DNA of 64,000 bases, taken from the NCBI GenBank assembly GCA_016869045.1, contig VGFC01000002.1:2777-66776 (forward strand), written 5' to 3'. The DNA comes from Armatimonadota bacterium. GTDB lineage: Bacteria > Armatimonadota > Zipacnadia > Zipacnadales > VGFC01. Below the pieces are notes generated by a model that had not been told where the DNA came from, ran no database searches, and was given only the letters and a program-made list of their open reading frames with translations. The position numbers were made by a program, and so were the translations under genes. How positions within the stretch are numbered: position 1 is the first letter of the stretch; each line of letters begins with the position of its first letter. Shown here piece after piece: positions 57,810 through 64,000 of the stretch.

Positions 57810-57844
57810 GGTCTCGGGTTTCGAGTCTCGGGTTTCGAGTTCCG
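57810..57844. repeat. Heptamer tract x5 filling an intergenic gap
   Basis: ggtctcg ggtttcg agtctcg ggtttcg agttccg, between ATG 57809 and the stop at 57846. Confidence 0.9.
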
Positions 57845-57845
57845 G

Positions 57846-58550
57846 CTATGTCGGAGGCGGAGCGATGAAGGTCCTGATGACGTGACCCAGGAGGCCGGCG
57901 CCGAGTAGGACCATCGGCCACGGACCGAAGCCGCGCCTGCCGCATACCGACATCGCAACCACGAGCGTCACGACGACGCCGAGCGTCTGCCAGATGAGCA
58001 GCATGTTGTCGTACATCGGGACCTCGTAACCCGCCGCCCGCAGGGCCGCTCCCACGACGAGGGTCACGGCCATGAGCACCAGGCCCGCGACGACTGCGAC
58101 GCCGCGGTACGGACGGGCATCGTCGGCCCGGCCCCCGCCCAGCCACCAGACCAGGGCCCCGAGCCCGGCGAGAAGCCAGCCGACGGTCGGCAGGCCTGGG
58201 TAAGCGTTCAGTGCCCACATCGGTAGGGCGCTGCCGATGGTCGGGATCTTCTCGAAGGTTGGATCGACGGCAATCCGCAGGCACATCCCCGCACCGAGGG
58301 CGCAAAGGAGCTTGCCGGGCGTCGAGGAGGCGAGGCGACCTCGGCTGACGAGGGCGAAGACGACCAGGATCGCACCCACGAGGGCGATGGCGTACCGCTC
58401 GTACAGCCCCAGTGCGGTCAGCGGCTGGGCGGTCCATACGGTCGAGACGGCCAGCGCGGCGAAGCCGACGTGCACCAGCGCCGCCCCCGCCCAGAGCGCG
58501 GCGGAAGTCCGTTGTGCCGGTACCGGTTCGGCGTACGTTGAGGCAACCAT
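57846..58550 (-). CDS. Hypothetical integral membrane protein (about 234 aa, about 7 TM)
   Basis: Hydrophobic helices throughout; start MVASTYAEP. Confidence 0.65.
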   Translation of the reverse strand: MVASTYAEPVPAQRTSAALWAGAALVHVGFAALAVSTVWTAQPLTALGLYERYAIALVGAILVVFALVSRGRLASSTPGKLLCALGAGMCLRIAVDPTFEKIPTIGSALPMWALNAYPGLPTVGWLLAGLGALVWWLGGGRADDARPYRGVAVVAGLVLMAVTLVVGAALRAAGYEVPMYDNMLLIWQTLGVVVTLVVAMSVCGRRGFGPWPMVLLGAGLLGHVIRTFIAPPPT

Positions 58551-58683
58551 CGGCGCGAATGTGCCCCCGGCTGGGTCAACGGCATGCGCGCAAGGGTACG
58601 CGCGGCCCAGCAACGGCAACGGCAGTCTTACGGCTGTCCGTAGTAAGAACACCAAGTGCGGCGGGAAGTTGCGACGGTCGGCG

Positions 58684-59853
58684 TCAGGGATGCGAGGGCT
58701 TGCGGGCGCTCGCGAGCAGCTCGTAGAGGGCCGCCATGTCGGACAGCCAACGGTCGCGCATGTTACGGCGCAGGACCATGTCCTTGGCTTCGGCAGCCAT
58801 CCGGCGGCTCTCCTCCGGCTGCGAGAGGGTCTGCTGGATCGCGTTCGCCAGGCTCGAGGGGTTCTTCGGTTCGGCAAGGCGGCCTGTGTGTCCCTCACGC
58901 ACCCAGTCGGTGAGACCGAGGATGCGGCTGGCGACCACTGGGGTGCCCGCGGCCATCGCCTCCAGCACGACGTATGGCCCGGCCTCCCACAGCGAGGGCA
59001 TCACGAGGCAGTCGGCGATCTTCAGCAGTTCGGGCACATCGTCCCGCGCCCCGAGCAGGCGCACGTGCTTCCCAACTCCCAGTCGGCCCACGAGTTCGAG
59101 GAGGTCGTCCTCTTCCCGACCCACCCCGGCGATCAGCACACGCACCTGCGGGCGGCTCCGGATGATCTCGGGAATCGCCTCGATGAGGTACCGATGGCCC
59201 TTCTGCGGGCGCAGCGCGCCGACGCAGAGCACGACCTCGTCCGTCATCGCCAGACCCAGTTCCGCCCGCTTCGCTTCGACATCCACCGTTACGTCGAAGG
59301 GGCGGGGGTCGATGCCGTTCTCGATCAGCACCACGCGCTTTGGGGCCACCACGTTCATCGCGCGCGCGATATCGGCCTCGGCCGGCGCCACCGCAACGAG
59401 CCGGTCCGTCGAGCGTCCCGCCAGGCGCTCCAGCCACAGGTAGAGCACGGTCGCAAAGGCACCCGTCTCCATGCAGAACGGGAAGCAATGGGGAGTGTAG
59501 ACCTTGGCGGCTGGCAGGTGTCGCGCGGCGAGGCGACCGAGCAAGCCGGCCTTGGCCGAGTGGCAGTGGATGATGTCGAATCCGCGCTCGCGGAAGAGCC
59601 TCCGGAGGAACCCATGGCCCTGCACATCCAGCACGGGGCAGAACCTGCGCAGGATGTTCCAGGGAATCGTCTCGACCGCGCCGCCGGTCGCCGCGGCGAC
59701 GGCCTCCGGAAAGCCTGGATCCCGGCGGGAGCTGTGGATGACCGTCTGCCGGAAGCGCGTGGGATCGAGCCCGGAGACCAGGTCGAGCACGTGCTTCTTG
59801 CAGCCGCCCTCCACAGCCTCGACAACTTGGGCAATCCGGATTGCGTTGGGCAT
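58684..59853 (-). CDS. GT4 family glycosyltransferase (389 aa)
   Basis: FDIIHCHSAKAG, KVYTPH, CVGALRPQKGH, PSLWEAGPYVVLEAMAAGTPVV. Confidence 0.93.
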   Translation of the reverse strand: MPNAIRIAQVVEAVEGGCKKHVLDLVSGLDPTRFRQTVIHSSRRDPGFPEAVAAATGGAVETIPWNILRRFCPVLDVQGHGFLRRLFRERGFDIIHCHSAKAGLLGRLAARHLPAAKVYTPHCFPFCMETGAFATVLYLWLERLAGRSTDRLVAVAPAEADIARAMNVVAPKRVVLIENGIDPRPFDVTVDVEAKRAELGLAMTDEVVLCVGALRPQKGHRYLIEAIPEIIRSRPQVRVLIAGVGREEDDLLELVGRLGVGKHVRLLGARDDVPELLKIADCLVMPSLWEAGPYVVLEAMAAGTPVVASRILGLTDWVREGHTGRLAEPKNPSSLANAIQQTLSQPEESRRMAAEAKDMVLRRNMRDRWLSDMAALYELLASARKPSHP

Positions 59854-59906
59854 CGTACTGCGGAGCCGGAGTGCGATGGGTCCGCACGGGGCAGGACACG
59901 CCGCGG

Positions 59907-61823
59907 CTACCGTTTCCTCCTGAGCACGCGGGTCTTCACATGGTTGATGACCGTCCAGGTCTCCTCGATCCGGAGACCCACGGAGGCCGCGAGGAAGATC
60001 GGCACCCCGATGGCCGTGACCGCGAACAGGTAGATGGCCGCCGTCTTGCGGCCCTCCAGCGCCAGATGCTTGAGGATCTCGGCCGAGCTGAAGTGCAACG
60101 CCGCCGTCAGGATGACACAGGCGACGAGCAACTTCGCGCCAAAGGCCAAAACGCTCTTCCAGTCTACCGTGCCCACGCGGCCCCGGAGAAGCGCGTAGAG
60201 GATCAGGACCTTGATGGCCTTCGACACCGTCAGGGCAGCGGCAACGCCGACGATCGTGTACGGCCCGAGGCTTAGGCTGAAGACCGCCATCACCGCCATG
60301 AGCACGTGCAGCACCGCGCACGCCGAGCCCACGTAGTTCGGCGTCCGCGTGTCGCCCATGGCGAAGTACCAGTGGTTGAGGATGCCCTCGATGCTGAAGA
60401 ACGCCATGCCCGGGGCATAGGCGATGAGCGCCAGGATGGACAGCTGCTGCTTGGCAGGCGCGAAGTCGCCATAGACGAACCACAGAACCCCCCAGCGGAG
60501 CAGCACCATCCAGATCGTCGCCGGGATGAAGATGTAGGCGATCACCCGGGTCGTCTGCACGAGCGCCTCAGCCAACCTGTCCCTCTCGCCCCGAGCGGCC
60601 CATTCGGAGAGGAACGGGTAGACAACGAAGCTGACCGCCAGCGGGAGGATCTGCGCGGCCGTGTCCGGGAGGCGGCGCGCGTAGTCCAGGCAGCTGTAGG
60701 CGCCCACCTCGATGTGGGTAGCGCAGTAGCTGTCGATGTACGTCCTCATGCTGGAGTAAATCAGGCCGACGATGACCGGCGGGATGAGGCTCCAGAAGCG
60801 GCCCATGTCGGGGTTACGGCGGGCGTCGGCGGCCTCGGAGGCTCTCAGCAGAGCGGCCCCGTAGCTCGTCTTCTCGAGGGTCTTGGAGACCACGTACAGG
60901 AGCGCCGTGGCGGCGCCGATCCCGAGGCCGTACTGCAGCCACAGCAGGACCAGCGCCCAATCGGTCTTCGCCACGCCGATGGTCAGTGCCACGCTGAGCG
61001 CCAACGCGCCGGTCCACAGGAAGGGCTTGTACGGGAAGCGGATGATCCACCACGGCAGCGCGCGGGCCTCCGCCAGCAGGCGGCCGAACAGGCCTCTGAC
61101 GGAAGGCACGCGCCAGCGTCGGCCGAAAGAGGGGAGCTGCACGAACAGCCGGGCGGCGCCGCCGACCACAACGCCCAGGCCTGCGGCCATGATCGCGTTC
61201 GGGTGTTCCGGGCGCCAGACCATGGCGACCAGGGCCACCAGGACGCCCAGCGTCAGTAACCGGAACGCGGCCTCCGCCAGGGCGGGAACCGTGAACTGCT
61301 TGTAGGAGTGGAGTGTCAGCTCCGGCATGACCGACAGGCTGAAGGCCACCAGGGCAGGAGCCATCATGCGCAGAAGCAGCACGGCGAGCCGGAAACCCTC
61401 GGCAGGCAAGGCCGGCCAGAAGGTGCGGACGATGCCCGGAGCGAGAAGCACGCCCAGCACGGCGATGGCCACCAGCGTCAGGAAGTGGATGGTCATCACG
61501 ATGCCGCCGAACTCCCACGCCGCGGCCTCGCCATCCTTGTCCTTGCGCTGTACGAAGAGGGGAAGGTAGCAGGGGCGCTCCAGCTTCTCGATCTTCGTGT
61601 AGACCAGCATCACGAAGCTGTTGTAGATGACCTTGAAGGCGTCGGTGGCAGCGAAGTTCTCGTGCCCCGGGCGGGCGAAGTACCTGACCAGCAGCATCTC
61701 CTTCAGCAGGCCCGCGAACTTCGCCAGCGTCAGGAAGACGGAGATGGTGATGGCGGCAACCGTCATGCGCCGGCCGGCGGAGGGCTCCTGCTTCTCGGCA
61801 GTCGCCACTTCTGGGTCGCTCAT
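59907..61823 (-). CDS. MurJ/MviN-family lipid-linked glycan flippase (638 aa)
   Basis: LAKFAGLLKEMLLVRYF...TDAF, YLPLF, LDYARRLPD, LAEALVQTTR, WYFAMGDTRTP. Confidence 0.85.
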   Translation of the reverse strand: MSDPEVATAEKQEPSAGRRMTVAAITISVFLTLAKFAGLLKEMLLVRYFARPGHENFAATDAFKVIYNSFVMLVYTKIEKLERPCYLPLFVQRKDKDGEAAAWEFGGIVMTIHFLTLVAIAVLGVLLAPGIVRTFWPALPAEGFRLAVLLLRMMAPALVAFSLSVMPELTLHSYKQFTVPALAEAAFRLLTLGVLVALVAMVWRPEHPNAIMAAGLGVVVGGAARLFVQLPSFGRRWRVPSVRGLFGRLLAEARALPWWIIRFPYKPFLWTGALALSVALTIGVAKTDWALVLLWLQYGLGIGAATALLYVVSKTLEKTSYGAALLRASEAADARRNPDMGRFWSLIPPVIVGLIYSSMRTYIDSYCATHIEVGAYSCLDYARRLPDTAAQILPLAVSFVVYPFLSEWAARGERDRLAEALVQTTRVIAYIFIPATIWMVLLRWGVLWFVYGDFAPAKQQLSILALIAYAPGMAFFSIEGILNHWYFAMGDTRTPNYVGSACAVLHVLMAVMAVFSLSLGPYTIVGVAAALTVSKAIKVLILYALLRGRVGTVDWKSVLAFGAKLLVACVILTAALHFSSAEILKHLALEGRKTAAIYLFAVTAIGVPIFLAASVGLRIEETWTVINHVKTRVLRRKR

Positions 61824-61833
61824 CCGGGGAAGG

Positions 61834-63162
61834 TCACCCTTGTTCGTCCGTCTTCTCGGTATGGGGATCGCCGGGGCGGCGCTCGGGACTCTCGGCTCGC
61901 CGTTCCTCCAGTCGCCGCGCAACCGTCTCTCTGAATAACGCTTCGAGGGACTCCACGTTCCGGCTGACATCATACTCGGCGACAACGCGGCGTCGCGCCG
62001 CCCGAGCCATCGACTGAGCGGCGGCGGGGTCATCCAGGATGGTCGCCAACGCATCCGCGAGGCGGCGCGGCTCCTCGGGCGGCACGAGCAGCCCCGTCTC
62101 ACGGTTTGCCACGAACTCGGGGATGCCGCAGATGTCGGAGGCCACCACCGGCGTGCCGATGGCCGCGGCCTCGAGGATCACGTTGGGGAGGCCGTCCCGG
62201 TCGCCGTCGGCCGCCACCACCGAGGGCACGGCCAGTACGCGGCTGGCGGCCAGCAGCTCCTGCACTTGCTCCGCCGGCAGCGTGCCGCAGAAGTTGACCA
62301 GCGCCGAGATGCCCAGGCTCTCCGCCAGGCTCTCCAGCTCGGAGCGCAGCGGGCCATCGCCCGCGATGGCGACCATCAGACTCCCGCGGCGGCGCCGCAG
62401 CATCTGCACCGCCCGCAGCAGTACGCGGTGGCCCTTCTTCTCGACGAGTCTTCCGACCATCGCGATGATCGGCTCAGTCGCGGGGCGGTGCTCGCGGGTG
62501 AACTCGGTGATGTCGAGCCCGTGCCGCACGAGATGCAGTCGCCCGTGAACGGTCGCCGGCTGCGTGCTCAGCAGACGGTCGCGAGCGAACTTCGTGCAGG
62601 TGGTCGCGAAGTCCGACTCGAGGAGCTTCTGCCGCAGGAGGATCGACTCGCCGGTGAAGACATCCCGCGCGTGCAGCGACAGGCTGAAGGACAGCCCGCT
62701 GATCTCGGCCATCACCAGCCCGACTGTCGCGGGCAGCGAGCCGAAGTGGGCGTGGATGTGGTGGACGCCCCGGCCGCGCAGAGACTGCGCGAAATGGCTC
62801 GCCGCCGCCAGGGCAAGGGTCATCTCCCGCGCGTAGCCCGGACGGCGGAGCGAGTGGGCCAGCGCGAGGATCGTCCCGCTGGCGCCGCCCTTCGGCCACC
62901 GCAGGCAGACCCGCAGCCAGTCGCGCAGGGGCTCCAGCGAGGTTGCTGCCGGGCGGTAGATCACGCGAGGCAAGAACCGCTCCGCGTCGGGATGCACCGG
63001 CGCGGTCGGGTCGGGCCGCGCCAAGGCGCACGGCAGAATGTGCACCCCGCGCCGGTCCAGGTGCGCCATCTCCCGCAGGATGAACGTCTCGGATGGAGAG
63101 GGGAACTGATTCAGGACATACGCGATCCGCAGCTCCCCGGTCGGCCTATCCGATGGTCTCAC
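61834..63162 (-). CDS. GT4 glycosyltransferase, WcaL/AmsK-like (about 442 aa)
   Basis: AYVLNQFPSPSETFILRE, HIHAHF, VGRLVEKKG, DGDRDGLPNVILEAAAIGTPVV. Confidence 0.92.
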   Translation of the reverse strand: MRPSDRPTGELRIAYVLNQFPSPSETFILREMAHLDRRGVHILPCALARPDPTAPVHPDAERFLPRVIYRPAATSLEPLRDWLRVCLRWPKGGASGTILALAHSLRRPGYAREMTLALAAASHFAQSLRGRGVHHIHAHFGSLPATVGLVMAEISGLSFSLSLHARDVFTGESILLRQKLLESDFATTCTKFARDRLLSTQPATVHGRLHLVRHGLDITEFTREHRPATEPIIAMVGRLVEKKGHRVLLRAVQMLRRRRGSLMVAIAGDGPLRSELESLAESLGISALVNFCGTLPAEQVQELLAASRVLAVPSVVAADGDRDGLPNVILEAAAIGTPVVASDICGIPEFVANRETGLLVPPEEPRRLADALATILDDPAAAQSMARAARRRVVAEYDVSRNVESLEALFRETVARRLEERRAESPERRPGDPHTEKTDEQG

Positions 63163-63182
63163 CTGCCTTGTCGTGGGTGGAA

Positions 63183-63251
63183 TTCGGGGACACGATCCCG
63201 ATTCGCAGACGACGCGAATCGGGTCATGTCCCCGAACTCCATGTCCCCGGA
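63183..63251. repeat. Family D palindromic repeat overlapping a GT4 stop codon
   Basis: TTCGGGGACACGATCCCGATTCGC, 7 nt, GCGAATCGGGTCATGTCCCCGAA, plus an extra CATGTCCCCGGA. Confidence 0.85.
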
Positions 63252-64000
63252 TTCCATCCTGCGTCGTCGTAGGCGCGCAGGACCGCGTCCGCGTGGCGGC
63301 GCCAAGTGAACGGAGCTGCGCGAAGCCGACCGCGTGTGGCGAGGTCGGCCCGTCGATCCGCGTCTGCTGCCAGCGCGCCGATGGCCTCCGCGAGGTCAGC
63401 GGGGTCGCCGATGGGCACGATGACCGCCGCGTCACCCACGACCTCCGGGAGCGCACCGCGGTCCGAGCAGATCACCGGCGTGCCGCAGGCCATCGCTTCC
63501 AGAGCCGGCAGCCCAAACCCTTCCACGAGCGACCAGAACAACAGCGCCTCCGCCCCGGCATACAGCGCAGGCAGCTCCTCGGGCGCCACGTAGCCGGTTC
63601 GCAGGATGACGTTCGGCCCGGCCGCCTCAATGGCCTGTTCGACACCCCGGCTGCGCCATGCCTTGCCCCCGGCCAGCACCAGCCGATGCGGCAGGTCCGC
63701 CCGGCGCTTCGCCAACCGGAAGGCCTCAATCGTCGCGGCGAGGTTCTTCTTCGGCTCGAAGTTCCCCACGCAGAGGAAGTACGGGTCGCGGAGGCCCAGC
63801 CGCTCCCTGACCTGCTCACCGGCCTCCGGCGACGTGGGGGCGAGGAACTCCTCGCCCACGCCCAGCGGCGCGACCTTCAGCTTCCCCTCCGGCACGCCGA
63901 GGGTCCTCACGATCTCCCGCTTGACCGCCTCCGAGGGCACGACGACCACGGTCGCCTGCGCAATCGTCCGTGGGAGGCACGCGCGGTAGTAGAGCGCATT
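63224..64000 (-). CDS. GT4 glycosyltransferase (mannosyltransferase-like); 5' end beyond the window
   Basis: Frame open to base 64000. YFLCVGNFEPKKN, EGFGLPALEAMACGTPVICS. Confidence 0.92.
   Translation of the reverse strand, partial: NALYYRACLPRTIAQATVVVVPSEAVKREIVRTLGVPEGKLKVAPLGVGEEFLAPTSPEAGEQVRERLGLRDPYFLCVGNFEPKKNLAATIEAFRLAKRRADLPHRLVLAGGKAWRSRGVEQAIEAAGPNVILRTGYVAPEELPALYAGAEALLFWSLVEGFGLPALEAMACGTPVICSDRGALPEVVGDAAVIVPIGDPADLAEAIGALAADADRRADLATRGRLRAAPFTWRRHADAVLRAYDDAGWNPGTWSSGT

Noticed and set aside
1-64000. RAYT/IS200-type or other transposase explaining the REPs and the MITE
   Set aside because: No HUH or DDE transposase motif was found in any ORF of this window; if one exists it lies elsewhere.

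Overview
High-GC bacterial chromosome segment. It most resembles Armatimonadota, an inference from the gene repertoire (4-domain S1, an LptD-like barrel, FlgD-Ig-tailed secreted proteins). Housekeeping genes are tRNA-Leu(CAA), sppA, polA-rpsA-coaE, uvrB-uvrC, trpB2 and an isopropylmalate/tartrate-type dehydrogenase. Three accessory blocks stand out. (1) A plus-strand locus at about 9.7-28.5 kb encodes three large secreted proteins sharing a 430-460 aa C-terminal module that ends in a FlgD-Ig-like domain and a terminal Arg. They are interleaved with two paralogous CsgG/FlgT-like single-pass proteins, a clan-CD (C11) cysteine peptidase and an Ig+LptD-like outer-membrane barrel, making this a candidate uncharacterised export/surface-display system analogous to T9SS. 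(2) A solitary, lower-GC type IIG-like restriction-modification gene. (3) A 19-kb minus-strand glycan/surface-protein cluster with GT4s, a MurJ-like flippase, an O-antigen ligase-like protein, GT39, a DegT aminotransferase and secreted beta-sandwich and FG-GAP proteins. Most intergenic gaps carry short repeats from at least six families (heptamer tandem tracts and five REP-like palindrome types). Several have entered coding sequence in frame or supply start or stop codons, and one REP is split by a 219-bp MITE-like insertion with a 5-bp target duplication. No CRISPR array, integrase, transposase or rRNA was seen. Domain names come from motif recognition by eye, not database searches.
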